This document shows, piece by piece, positions 36,792 through 49,552 of a stretch of DNA of 64,000 bases (position 1 is the stretch's first letter; each line of letters opens with the position of its first letter). The DNA lies in the NCBI GenBank assembly GCA_964016885.1, contig OZ024746.1:19034001-19098000 (forward strand). Direction: 5' to 3'. The translations under genes and the position numbers were made by a program. Origin of the DNA: Eledone cirrhosa (lineage: Eukaryota). The notes beneath the pieces are model-generated. The model made no database searches. It was given only the letters and a program-made list of their open reading frames with translations, and was not told the DNA's origin.

Positions 36792-36975
36792 TGAGGGTTG
36801 GCTGAAAAGTTCATAAGCTGACTATAAAAGAGCTGTGAAATCTTGCATGCATTAATTTCAACTCTTCTTGTTAATAACTGCATTGTTTCTTTCCAGTGAC
36901 GATGCTGAAAAATAAGCCTCATTTAGTCATTCCATGAGTGTATCTTAGTCAGCCTATGAACTTTTTTCTGACCCG
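36792..36975. mobile_element. Mariner-type MITE
   Basis: tgagggttggctgaaaagttcataagctgac...gtcagcctatgaactttt; reverse-complement homologue of 22240-22429. Confidence 0.8.
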
Positions 36976-37378
36976 AAACCAAGCTATTGTTATTCTATTT
37001 TTGTCATGATATATTTCATCAGCAAGGAAAAGTAAAGCTGATAATTTACAATGATTATGACAGCATTAATATTAATTATTCTGATAAGCTATATATCATA
37101 ATAATTGGACAGCATTTGAGGAGGAGAGGGGGCTGCTTGTCACACAGATACTAGTTCCAACAAAATCATTCTGAAATTTTTAGTTAGAATTCACAGAGAT
37201 GGGTGGGGTGGGGAGGGAAGAATGAAATAAATATTCTAAATTCCCTAAAATGTGAGAAATCCTTCTCTACCAATGTTATTTGTCTGACTTTCTCTGTGTG
37301 CGTGTCATCATTTTTGCATCCGTTTTTCCATGATTGACCTAAGTGCAGATCCTGACTACTACCTCTAATACCTCCCAC

Positions 37379-37425
<47 letters not shown>

Positions 37426-37429
37426 CAAA

Positions 37430-37780
37430 GGGCTGGGAGGACCTCTCAGTCATGTCAAAGACATGATAGCCTCTTTGGTGTTGATGACCTACGCAATAAA
37501 TGCATCCAGTATATGCTGTAAAATGGTTGGTGAAAGGAAGGGCATCCAGCCATAAAAGGATTACCAAACAAAGTGGTTGGGAGGACCCTCAATTGTGTCA
37601 AAGACATAACAACCTCTACCATACAGTGAATAGAATGAGACCATACGTAAGTGAGATGCAGATCCATAGGATGTCTGGGAAATCAGCAGCTCAACTTCAG
37701 TACTGACTTGGTCTATGTAGACCTGTCCAACCCTTGCTAGCAGGGAAACCAGACGTTAAAATGATGAGGATGATGATGAT
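37430..37780 (+). mobile_element. (GAT)n-tailed SINE-like element
   Basis: Family motifs; tail gacgttaaaatgatgaggatgatgat. Confidence 0.8.
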
Positions 37781-38276
37781 AAATGGTTAATAACAGCTAC
37801 TAAACAAACAAAAGCATTTGTTAAGCAAGCATTGTAAGTGTAAATACAGACACATAAACACACACATATAAACCACAAACAGCTTTGTTAAAGTTTGGTG
37901 AAGAAACCAAATATGACTTATTGCTTCAGTAAAACAATGGCTTATGTACTATATGTACTACTGACTATTTATAGACACTAGTACATACGTATCATGTGCT
38001 TAAACTACAACATTGTTACTTCATTTAAAAAGTGGCATCAGAGCACTTTTCAGCTAAACAAGTAAAAAAGGAAAATTAATTGAATTACATGAAATATTTC
38101 ACCCCTTTTCATTCTCTCTTTTTTTATTTTATTTTTATCTATTTATTATTATTATTATTAATTCACATAGGCATTTAGACTGATATAAACATAATTAGTA
38201 AATAGCTAACATCTATAGACTGATTGACTAACAACCCTTGGTGTTCTATATAAACTGGTAGCAATTTTTTTTTTAC

Positions 38277-38422
38277 CTGTGAAGGAATGTAAATAGTTAC
38301 CGTCCAAGGGTGTTAAACTGTATCCATATCTTTTTTCTATCTAACCTTGCTAGAATGTGTGAATGACAGAGAGAGCTTGATATGGCTCATATTTTTTTAA
38401 CTATATTTTTCTCTTTGAGTTC
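38277..38422 (-). other. Candidate non-coding exon (146 nt)
   Basis: Long polypyrimidine tract ending aatctgtag| and donor CAG|gtaa; stops in all three frames. Confidence 0.35.
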
Positions 38423-38889
38423 CTACAGATTGATGGTTAAAAGAAAAAGGGAGGAGGAGAAAAGAAAGAAAAGTGTAAAAAAGTGTTTATTATAGTGAAA
38501 GAGTAGACAATAGTGAATTGTCAACTTGAGAGGAGTAAAGATTGTTGTAGGTGTGTGTGTGTGTAAAGAAGAAACAAAAGGAAAACAGCTTGTTTATTTG
38601 TGGTCTAGTGGTGTTATCGTACCATTGGATATGTGTTTTTGTAGAGCATCATAATGGCTTTTACTGTTTCATTTGGTATACCATAGACTAGAATGGTTTC
38701 TTCTGTTATACCTCTATGAATCAAGTCGCGTGGTTTGGAGAAATCAATGAACAACAACATTTAGTTTTTTAGCTTCCACACCTTCAAAAATTCTGCGAAT
38801 GGTTAAGATTTGGCTAGTGGCTGATTGTCCTCTTCCAAAGACATTTTTGATTTTTTGTCTCAATACTTTTTCAATTTCTGGACATAAGC

Positions 38890-39210
38890 AATCCCTCTAA
38901 CCTGCCGAATATGATGAACAATTGAATTGGATGGTGACAGAGTCAAGGGAAACAGTGTGACCAATTGATGGACATATATATATTAAATGACGATGATGAT
39001 GATGATGATATATACATATACACAAATTGTTAGCGAAGTTCTTATGTGGGAGCCTACACAAGGAAGAGTTAGCAGAGGTTGACAAGCCAAGACCTATATC
39101 AAGCTGATTTGTGACGACATAAACTGCAATTCCACAGTCCTACCTAACAATAGAATTGGATGATGACAGAGAGTCAAGGAAATCCATGCAAGCAGTGTGA
39201 CCTATTGATT
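38890..39210 (+). mobile_element. RTE-like LINE 3' ends (two truncated copies)
   Basis: Homologous to 19845-20050. Confidence 0.75.
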
Positions 39211-40139
39211 GGGATGAGGGATAAGGAAAGAAATACTTATTAGAACTAAAGAATAGTGTTTGGTGAGGAAGACGGCTGGTTATACTGAAGAATGTAAGCA
39301 TAAAAAGCTAGGATTTCCATGTAAGTAGTGTGACCTATTGGTTGATTGATGTTACTGTGTCAGTGAGTGAAGGTTTAGCTGGTAATTTCATTGGGTGGTA
39401 TCCAGAATAGGTATATATGTGGAGACCACAAACCAAATTTAAGAGCAATAGGGTAAAGTTGTGCCTCGCAATGATTTAACAACTGTTGTGAACTGAAGTG
39501 TTTTCTTGTTAAGGAGGAAGCTCAGTCTTTGGGATGCTGTCTTGACTGAAATAAATGTTTGGTGACTGTTAAAGGTCATTAAAAATTGTAAAGCCTAACG
39601 TTTTACTGTCTAGCTAATTTTTATTTTGATAAAAGCAATTACTACAGGCTATTTTCTATTCTGATAATGTTCCAGGAAAACACTATTCTGTGGCTGATAA
39701 CAAATTTCAATAATTTCATACCTATTAGTGAATAGAAATAGTTGCTTCATTATTATAATGGATTTTTAATGTTTTTTTGTTACCAAACAGAATATTTTAA
39801 ATCTATAAACAAAAAAATTCCAAGTCTTGATAAAATTTCAAGAACAATCTGTATAACACAATATTAAAATAAATTCATTAGTTACAAGCAAAATCCTGCT
39901 TAGTAAATTTGCCCCAAAATAATTCAAGGCAAATGAAAATTATTTTCTCCGTTATCTTTACGCTAAGAAAATGAATAAAATTTATATTTGGGGGCAATCA
40001 TTTTGCCTATTAGCACACATGCACTATTTGACTTTCACTTCAGATTTATTGTTATTGGTTATTTTGTCAAAGCTCTTTCGTCACACCATCTGTAACCTCC
40101 TCAATGACAATTTGTTGTTGTTCTCTGTTTCATTAAGGA

Positions 40140-40390
40140 TATGCATGTCTGTGGAATGTTCAGCCACTTGCACATATAACTTTGCCTTTCATCCATTTGA
40201 GGTCAATAATAAAAGTACCAGTCTAGTACTGGGGTTGATTCTTCCTCTATATCTTTTTCTCACTTTCTATCTTTCTCTAGAAAAAAAAATCTATTGTGTT
40301 CAGACTTGGAGAGGAGATGGACTCCACCAGGTTTTAAATGCCCAATAAATGCCATATGCTACTACGATTCCCTCAGGAGTTAGGGGACCA
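40140..40390 (+). mobile_element. SINE variant: GCCTTTCATCC domain with a different tail
   Basis: Homologous to 7340-7580 (+); tail also at 24420-24540 (-) and 44770-44940 (-). Confidence 0.7.
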
Positions 40391-42569
40391 TACAAACAAT
40401 ACCATACCATTATATTATTTTATAATTGATATATACTTTCCATTTCTTTTCAATCAAAAGACAAGATAACATTTAAGCTAATTGCAGGCTTACTTTCAGG
40501 GAGAAAATAATAATTGTATTATTATATTTCTTGGTTTTTTGGTTTTGTTGTTGTTTTTTTCTTTTCTATTTTATATAAACTCTTGATGTATAAGCTTGAC
40601 ACTGGCTCAGTGTAAATGAATAGTTATAGTTAAGATAACACTAGCTGACATGTAGGTTTTAAATTGTTAATGGTAAAACTCCTAGTCATCTCTACTCTCT
40701 ACATCACCTTCACTGCGCAATGATTCACCACATTTAATTATTGTATATTGTACTCTCTTGGCTATGGGGAGAGGGGGGGGGGGATATAAGATAGACTGCA
40801 GGCAAATATATTCAAAACTAATTAGAATTAACTCATCTTTTTTTTAAGTGGTTGCATCTCTCTCCCTTTTCATCTATCTCTCTTCCTCTCGTGTGTGAGA
40901 GAGAGAGAGAGAGAATAATCTACATTGCTGTAAACACTACTTATCTAGGCAACCAGTTAGGATAGGTACCAATCCTAATTGGTATTATAAGGAGCGACCA
41001 TTGGAAAATCAGTATGTGTGTGTATGTGAGTGTGTTAATGTGTTAATGTGTTTAAGAGTGTGTATCCATATATGTGTATGTGTATTTTATACATTATCTT
41101 TTCTTTGAAAATATTAAAGTAAAACTAAATTGTATCGTTAATATAATTCATTTTAATTTCTCTTATTTTCCTAATTATTTTTCCCATGACTTTATTATCT
41201 ACATTTCTTAGTTAAATTAATTTAGGGTATGCAGCTATACAGTGAGTGTAGCCTTTCCTGCAAATGTGAAGTGTGAATTTAACTGCATAACTTTATATTC
41301 ATTTAATCTGACTTTCAATGATATTGTTTCCATGGTTCCACACTATTTGAATCAATAGAATCACCTTATAATGCTAATCAAATGATATCCAATTTAATGA
41401 CATCTAATTTAAACAGGAATTACATCAGAATGGAAACTAAGGCAAGAAAGAGTCAAGAAAAACCCATCAAACTTTAAATTACATTTCATGAATTACAAGT
41501 TGGCTTTAAAGAACAAGCTTGAAATTTGGTATTACTTTTTTCAGAGAATCTGCTGTGTGCTATACACATCTTCCTCATCTGCAGCAGAGTTACAAAAGAG
41601 CTTTAAATCTAGCAAAAATTACAAATAAGCTAAATATGCACAGAATCAAGAATTGTGCCCATTAAATATCACTTTAAATCCCAAATGCCTGAGAAAGCTA
41701 TTATTCACAGATGTATGAATAAGAAAAAAATCTAATTATGCCACAAAGAAATGTTCTATATTCTTAAAAACTTTGAAGTAATCATATTATTATAAGGCGT
41801 GGGTGGGATTGGCACTAATGATAGAACATTGTTGTCCTTGTGTCTAAATCAGAAACTATTATAAAATGAACAATAAAACAGGCTTGCTAAACAATTTAAT
41901 CAATAAATGAAAAGTAAATACTTCTAAATCAACAAATCTAAAATAACAAATGAAAACTAACTTGTGGGGAAAGGATCTTTCCTTTTAGATACACTAGCTG
42001 GAAGTATTGTAGTATCCTGGTCTTTAGAATAGACATGCCATATCCTTGTGTGCCATAAGAGGCAACTAAACGAATTGGATTGAAGAAGGGTAAAAACATT
42101 GCCTATTCTGCAATTGAGAAAACATTGACATCATCTGTTACCAGTAGAACACTTACAAACCAATCAAATTAAAGAAAAATGCAACAAATAAACAATTTAA
42201 TCTCAGTGAGCTGTAGAGACTAATGTATTGACATTACCAATATATACTAGACAAATTACATAAGGGAGACATTTTCTCACAAACTGCACTTGTGTGAAGT
42301 TAATCAATAGTTACAAAAAAAAAAAAAAAAAAAAAAACATTCTTATACAAGATGTGAAAGAAAAAAAATACCTGCAAAGTAGTCAGCAAATGTCTACATG
42401 AAAGAATATCAAACTGAATGGAGACAAAAAGTAAATACCTTAAAATCTGAAGATAGCGGGAGAAACTATTTAACTATGGCAGATTACAGCAAACATTTAG
42501 AATGTTTCTTTGCACTACATATGTGTATATAGAACAAAAAACTTAAAACAATAGTAATTATTTACCAAG

Positions 42570-42835
42570 TAGTAAGGGTGCTAGACTTGTGATCATGATG
42601 TTGTGGGTTCGATTTCTGGACTGAGTTATGGGCTGTGTTCTTGAGCAAAACACTTCAATTTACGTTGCTCTGGTATACACAGCTGAAAATGAGTATGAGC
42701 AGCAGTAACTGGAGGTTAAACTCTGCAATAAACTGGTGTCCTGTCCAGGGAAGAGTCTTGTACTTTCAGTATGCCAAAGAAACTGGGATAAGCACCGGTC
42801 TGATGGGCCTCCAGGCTCAAGACAGACTGAAGACT
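42570..42835 (+). mobile_element. CORE-type SINE
   Basis: gggttcgatttc B box, CORE, tail. Confidence 0.8.
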
Positions 42836-43650
42836 ATATACAATGTGCATTCAGAACAAAAAACTATTAAAACAATGTTAATTATATAAAATAGATATTT
42901 GTGCATATACATAACACTTCAGTAAATTGATCCTCTTCAGAATATCTTATATTTAATAGTTTCAAAGGTGTTTTTTTTTGTTTTTTTTTGCTAAAGAATA
43001 AAATATAATAAGGAAATGAAGTGTTGCCATTCTTTTTTTGAGGAAGTCTTTAAGAATATCAAATAAACGCAGTCAAGTGAGTTAATGACACTACTACTTG
43101 ACCTAACAATAATACCACTCCAGCAAAGGCTCTAAGTTCATATTAAGAAACTACTACAATTGCTATTATACGCAATCTTTAGTTCTTACAAATACCCATG
43201 TACTGATTGACAAAATGACAAATGAAATCAATAACAAACTTCTTTTGGCAGAAGTAATGAGCTTTTAGAATATAAAATTGCAATAAATAACATCCAAAAA
43301 TTCAAACTGTTACACTTTCTTTTATCTTCCACTTCTAAATATTTTATTTGAAATCATAAACATCAACCATATTAATGGTAAACAAAAATAATCAGTTTTC
43401 CTTTTTCATGTCAACTATTATTTAAAAAAGAAATACAACTTCTCTGAAGAATGGTGTGTTCATGTGCAGAGATGCTTTAAAATATGAAGGCCCTTAAAAT
43501 GGAAAAAGAAGTTGCCTCTAATTTATAAGCTATTTTATAGTATCTCCGTGCATGAGCACACCATTCTTTTATCTTTATCTCCTCAGTGCTTTATAAAAAT
43601 CAAAGAGATTGGCTACGTATACTATTTCTATGATTTCTTTTCAAACATAC

Positions 43651-43771
43651 AAGGATAGGCTGACTATGAAGGAGTGGTGCTAGAGCTGTGAAATCTTTGA
43701 TTGCCAAACACTGTAGCCTCTGATCTGTCATCACACTTTTAGTGTATTGTTCTGATATCAAAGTTTTGATT
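43651..43771 (-). other. Candidate exon (121 nt) containing an ATG at 43731 (MTDQRLQCLAIKDFTALAPLLHSQPIL)
   Basis: Acceptor aattttccaactttag|, donor CTT|gtatgt; unique, non-repeat sequence. Confidence 0.35.
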
Positions 43772-43924
43772 CTAAAGTTGGAAAATTTTATGAATTTTGC
43801 CACAGTAAGGACATTAAATACTTCTTGTTAAAAATATAGTTCTTGTTGTCAAAGAGATAAAACTAAAAAGCCCAGCAGAGGACACAAATAAATTACTACA
43901 GTTGTTGTCCACAAAGAAAGGTAA

Positions 43925-44130
43925 TGGCTGATATAACTTGGCACCAGTGATATTGCGACTCATTTCTACAGCTCAGTGACATTGCAACTCATTTCTACAG
44001 CTGAGTGAACTGGAGAAACATGAAATAAAGTGTCTTACTCAAGGATAAAACACACTGCCCAATTCAGGTATCAAACTCACAACTTGGTGATTGTAAGCGC
44101 AACACTCTAACCACTAAGCCACATGCTTTC
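43925..44130 (-). mobile_element. CORE-type SINE
   Basis: tgaaataaagtgtctt..tcaagg...aaactcacaac...aaccactaagccac. Confidence 0.8.
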
Positions 44131-44221
44131 ATTTCACTGCCTAAACTAAGGATAATAAGAGATATTATGTTTTAAAAAATGTCTCTAAAATTTAGAACTT
44201 TCAGAACTAGATGTGCTAAAT

Positions 44222-44257
<36 letters not shown>

Positions 44258-45604
44258 CTAAAGTAAAAGATTAAAAAGAAAGAAAGCATTATGCTGGTCT
44301 GTCTAAAGTAAGATACAATTATAAAATAAGAAACTATGAACTACTTTAAAGCCAATATCTGAGTTATTTGCAACAAATCTAAACTTCCCTCCTCCCAGAA
44401 ATGAAGAATATCTAGTATAGATTATAAATTTATAATTCACTTGACATTCAATTCAGATTTGGTTAATCTAAACCCAATAACAGATAAAGGAATCAATCAT
44501 TGAAAAATAACTAAAATATTGATTTTTATTTTCTTTGTTAATGTCAATATAATTGTACTGAGAAATTGAAATTTTTCAAAGTAAACTCCCTAATTACTTC
44601 AACACAAATCTGAAATTTAATGACAAAATTTCCCCTTAACAACAATAGATATGAGCAGAGTCTAATTATTAAATATTTAGCATCCAGGTAGAAAGGAGTT
44701 TCATGACTATTTATTTCATTTATTTATTGTATTTATTTGCTGTTGGATACAATCTACAAAATACTTAAGTACTAATTGGCATGGAATGACATGGTCCCGT
44801 AACTCCTAATGAGGTCATAGGGGCATTGTAGTGGCATACGTCAGTTCTAGGGCATTTTAAATCTGGTGAAGCACATCCCCTCTCCAAGTCTGACTACAAC
44901 AGATTTCTTCCAGAGAAGGATAAAGAGCGAGAAAGAGGAAATGAGAAGCCCAGAGGCTCATCAGGCCGATACTTATTCCGGTTTCCATAGTGTGAAATGA
45001 CTGAAAGTACATGACTTCCCCTGGACAGGATGCCAGTCCATTGCAGGCTTAAACCCCCAATAAATAAATATCAAATACTCCATCACAGAATTAATGTCAC
45101 CTAGGTAACAGGTCTTATCTTCTACTCCCAGTGAATCTTTCCTTATTTCTTCTCTCAGAGAATGAAAAGTAGAAAACACCACCATTCTGAAAAGGCACCA
45201 GGGAAGGGGAGTATTCAGCTATAAAACCCAATGCAATACATAGTGAGAATAGATTCCCATAACTACAGAAATACTGATATTAAACAGAATACAAATAAAA
45301 ACCAGAATTATGTTCTTTTAACAGATCAAGTCCCATCTTTTCAAAGCAAAATCGTCATTCAAATTTTGGGCCATCTATCATATTCCAGAATGATTGAAAA
45401 TGATATAAATGATCTATAAAATCCAAATGAAGACGAATTATTTCTCAAGAAACAAAAATTACAAAGAAATTTCTGAAAATACTTCGATAAAAAAGAGAAA
45501 ACAAGATAGCATTTTTGAACTCTAGAAAAATAAAATGGAAGCACAAAATATCCAGAAAAATACACCATATACACCTAATTTCTTTAATCAATAACAAAGT
45601 TAGT

Positions 45605-45904
45605 GACTCTTTTGCTTCTTCCCACATTCTGGATGCAGCGGTAAGGGCGAGAGCTACAGCATCCGCAGCTGAACAGAACAAAATCCTAAAATACCATGTT
45701 CTGTCAGCTAACTAAATTATCCAGCCTGTGGCGTTCGAGACGTTTGGGGGAGTCGGGCTACTGACAGCGCGGTTCTTATCTTCACTGGCAGCTCGCCAAA
45801 CAGAGGTAACTGGTGATGCTCGTGAGGGCACTTAGTTGTTCCAGCACCTCAGCCTCACCCCAGGTAACGCTGCGAGCGTGCTATCTTGCCTCAAAAATTA
45901 TTAG
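45605..45904 (+). mobile_element. CRE-clade non-LTR retrotransposon, 3' fragment (RLE C-terminus)
   Basis: DSFASSH...ASAAEQNKILKY...QPVAFETFGG.G...FL...TGDARE..LFQHLSL..GNAASVL matches the CRE AE..K..KY / P.A.ET.G / QRLS...GNAASVL pattern; two stops; AT-rich tail to about 46356. Confidence 0.8.
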
Positions 45905-46077
45905 AGAGGTTTCCCAGTGCTCCTCACTATATTGCTATATTTTGCTCTGGTAGTGGCTCATTTTTCCACTCTTTCATCTGCATTTTGTTCTATGTGGTCT
46001 AAGATGTGTGTATTACCTGCTTGTGTATTTTTTCTCTTTCTTTTTTTTCTTTCCCTTTCCTTTGTATATATTATATT

Positions 46078-46261
46078 GAATTGGCAGTATTGGTAGAGAG
46101 TCGGACACCATGCTTTCCAGCATAGTTATGTCCCTTTACGGTCTGAGTTCAAATCACGTCGAGGTTAACTTTGCCTTTCATCCTTACGGGGTCGATAAAA
46201 TAAAGTAGCAGTAATACACTGGGATAATTGCTGGCCTTGTGCCAAAAGTAGAAACAATTAT
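46078..46261 (+). mobile_element. GCCTTTCATCC-domain SINE, short subfamily, within the CRE 3' tail
   Basis: Close to the other short copies; attatatt on both sides. Confidence 0.9.
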
Positions 46262-46373
46262 ATTTGTTAGTGTTTTCGTTCTGTAACCATTATATTAAGT
46301 GAGCTTTTTTAAAAAAAAAAGAGTTAAATAAATAAAGAGTTAATAAATAAATAAAACGTTATACTTGTTTTAC

Positions 46374-47000
46374 CCTCCCATCTCCAATTAAACCGAACGC
46401 TATCGTGACTATGTGTGTGTTTGTGTAAATGTATGTGTGAAAGTATGTGTGAATTATGTCCGTGAGAGTATTTTTATAAGTTTGTGTTTGCGCGATTATA
46501 GTTATATACTCATACATATAGATGTATGTATGTGCACACTCATACGCCTCAGCTTGTAGAAAATCATAATCTCTCTATCTCTCTCATCATACACTCTCTC
46601 TTTCTATATATATGGTAGTTAAAGTGGTGGTGGTGGTGGCGACAATATACCGGAAGTGCAACTTTGAAAAGAAGTCAATTTGAAATTATTTATTTTTACG
46701 AAATTATTTATGTTTATGAAATTGAGTAGATAAATTATGTAATATTCCTTCATTGTTTATTCAAAGTAATCCAACTTATTTTACTAACTGGATTAAAAGA
46801 AATAAACCGTACGCAGTCCCGCAGACCTTCCTTTATTATAGTTTAGATAACTAACTTTCTCATTATTAAACTGGTGTTTGGAACACAACTTAAAGTTCTT
46901 ACATTAAGTTATGGTAAAGGTTTTTAGATAAATACTGGAAACAGTCGACAAGATTTCCGACCTCATTTGCTTAACGAGTGGGTGGATCTTGTCAAATTCA
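46374..47000. promoter_or_regulatory. Promoter-like, CpG-enriched unique region with a perfect ETS site ACCGGAAGTG (46649-46658)
   Basis: Local CpG retention; ETS consensus; candidate minus-strand first-exon donor GG|gtaaaa at 46374/46373. Confidence 0.5.
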
Positions 47001-47819
47001 CTGCATGTATGTGTGTGCACATATGCATATTTGTATTTGTGTGTATATGTAGGTGGTATTTATGTATTAAAATCTTTTAGTGTCAATATGTCTGAGTTTG
47101 GACATTTTAGTGTCGATATGTCTGAGTATAGATGTATGTGGGTGGAAAAGCTAGAAGAAGGTAATACATACAAATTATATTGTAGAAGCTGAAATAAAAT
47201 CTACAGCCTCAGCAACTGAGTGTAAATTAAAAACATAAAAATTGTAAACTATTGTTAAGTTGAATTATTTTATATGACACCCCATATAGGTTATGGTAAA
47301 ATTCCTTCATTGAATAACATCAATTAAAGCTAAGGTTATAGTTCTTCCAATTTAAAACTCAATTCTGTGTAAAGATGTGCAAAATAGTCATTAGCAAGTA
47401 AAATGTATCATTTCAAAAGTACATAAAAATGGGATATATAACTCGTATTATAAATACATTGTAATTACTGAAGAAATATAGAAATATTAGGAATTGGCAA
47501 AGAGTATAACTAATTCTAAATGAAATCATGCTATATTTACAGTCCTATCTTTTTTTTTTTGTTAAAATATACTGGGTCTAATTAAATACGATTTATGATA
47601 TTTTTATTAAATATGATTTACTGTTTTATTTAATCAAAATATATACATACCAGTTTAAAATAAAACTCATCATAGTTGCATGTATTACATCTATAGTAAC
47701 TGTTAAAAACTATGTTTGTAAAGATGTGATAACATTATATTTTCCTAAACAAGAATACACTACCAGAAGGCATAAAATATCCTGAAATCTATTAAAAACA
47801 GTTGATGTTACTTCAGTAT

Positions 47820-48075
47820 TGATCAAATTGATCAACAAGTTCCCAGATCTCATTCAATTATCAAGTGGGGGTGGCACTCATCAAATTGGACCAAGGAAAT
47901 AATGTTTCCATTGGTTTTTCCAATTGCTGATACTATCCACTTGCGACAACTCCTGGCAGAAAGAGCAACATGAAATAAAGTGTCTTGCTCAAGGACATAA
48001 CGCATCGCCTGGTCCGGGAATCAGACTCAACTTATGATTGTGAATCCAATTCTCCAACCTCTAAGCCATGTATCT
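47820..48075 (-). mobile_element. CORE-type SINE, long-body variant
   Basis: Homologous to 29570-29790. Confidence 0.85.
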
Positions 48076-48383
48076 TCAGTATTATAAAGCTTGAGAATAC
48101 TATTATTAGCAGGCTGCTTTTAAACTTTAAAGGATTTAAAATACTGAGAGGCATATGACCTGGCGTAAACCCTATGGGAATAGTGAAGATCAAGATCGAT
48201 ATGGAAAAAGAAAAATTACCCCAATATCATTTTCCCTCTCACTTCTTATACAACTTTCTTCTTAAGACAACTATTGCAATTCTAGCTTTCTAAAATAGCA
48301 ATTATGTTTTTGCTTTTTCTATCTATTTACTTTTGCTCACCCAACCTGTCAGCTACTTACTTTCTTCCATATTCCAAAACCTT

Positions 48384-48590
48384 TGTGTGTGTGAGTGTGT
48401 ATGTGAGTGTGTATGTGAGTGTGTATGTGAGTGTGTGTGTGAGTGTGTGTGTGAGTGTGTGTGTGAGTGTGTGTGTGAGTGTGTGTGTGAGTGTGTGTGT
48501 GTGAGTGTGTGTGAGTGTGTGTGTGTGAGTGTGTGTGAGTGTGTGTGTGTGAGTGTGTGTGTGTGTGTGAGTGTGTGTGAGAGTGTATGA
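48384..48590. repeat. Compound (GT)n/(GTGTGA)n microsatellite
   Basis: Direct inspection. Confidence 0.95.
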
Positions 48591-48829
48591 GTTTAAGTTA
48601 ACCACACACCATGATGTACATTCTGTTTAGCTGTTTCCATATCTCAAGTTTATTGATCCATAATATTATTTACATAATATTTATGTTAAGAAGCTTAATA
48701 GGTCAATAGATGTCAACATCTGCACATTCTCTCTCATCATCAGTTTCTCTTCTCATCAGTCTCACTTATTTTCACTTTCCTCATCACTCTGCAGAGGTTA
48801 GTGAAGAAGATACATCTTTAAAATCTTCG

Positions 48830-49226
48830 TTTCGTTCACATATGCAGGAGATTGGGTACTGCACCATGATGACGTGCCTGCTCTCACAGCACTTTCAATT
48901 AGAGCAATTTTGGTGAAGAAAAACATTCCCACCCTTCTACAGCTCAGATCTAGCTCTGTGTGATTTCTACCTCTTCCCTAAGTTGAAATCGAAGTTGAAG
49001 GGTTATCATTTTGGGACTGTGGAAAACCTGCAAAAAATTGTAACCGACAAGCTAAGAACACTTACAGAAAATGACTTCCAGTACTGCTACAATCAATGGA
49101 AAAAACGTAACTACTGTGTAACTTCCCAAGAGATGTATTTTGAAGGAGATAACTTGTATTTTTTGTGTACATCTAATATATATTTAAATAAAACATCAGT
49201 ACTCTTACTTTTGGGACAAATTTCAC
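48830..49226 (+). mobile_element. Mariner transposase C-terminal remnant with right TIR
   Basis: W.LHHDD.PA, SDLALCDFYLFPKLKSKLKG.HF, CYNQWKKR..CV.SQ..YFEGD; ends ttacttttgggacaaatttcac|ta. Confidence 0.88.
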
Positions 49227-49309
49227 TAGCAGGCAAAGCCTTGCTATAATTATGCCTTCAATGTTGCCTTACCCTTACATTTGGATCACCTATCACACTC
49301 ATAAGGAAT

Positions 49310-49552
49310 CGATCAACAAGATCCCAGACCTCATTCACTCACTGAGTAGGATGGAGCTCATCAAATTGAACCAAGGAAACAATGTTTCTATTGGTTTTTC
49401 CATTGCTAATACTATCTACCAGTTGCAACTCCTGGCAGAAAGAACAATGTGAAACAAAGTGTCTTGCTCAAGGACATAACACATTACCCAGTCCAGGAAT
49501 CAAACTTGCAACCTAAAGATTATGAATTTAATTCTCTATTCACTAAGCCACA
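49310..49552 (-). mobile_element. CORE-type SINE, long-body variant
   Basis: Homologous to 47820-48075. Confidence 0.8.

Noticed and set aside
42371-42445. Minus-strand micro-exons with CAG|gtattt and AAG|gtattt donors
   Set aside because: Weak donors with ambiguous acceptors; not supportable without reads.
44945-44990. Hammerhead in the CORE-SINE tail (GAAAC...CTGATGAGCC; also near 3530, 10690 and 42800)
   Set aside because: Only about 5 nt lie between a possible NUH and CUGAUGA, so there is no helix I, and no GAAA follows stem II; it is an ordinary SINE tail.
48983-49249. Intact or domesticated mariner transposase
   Set aside because: Only the C-terminal part is present, with frameshifts and decayed HDNA and YSPDLAP motifs.
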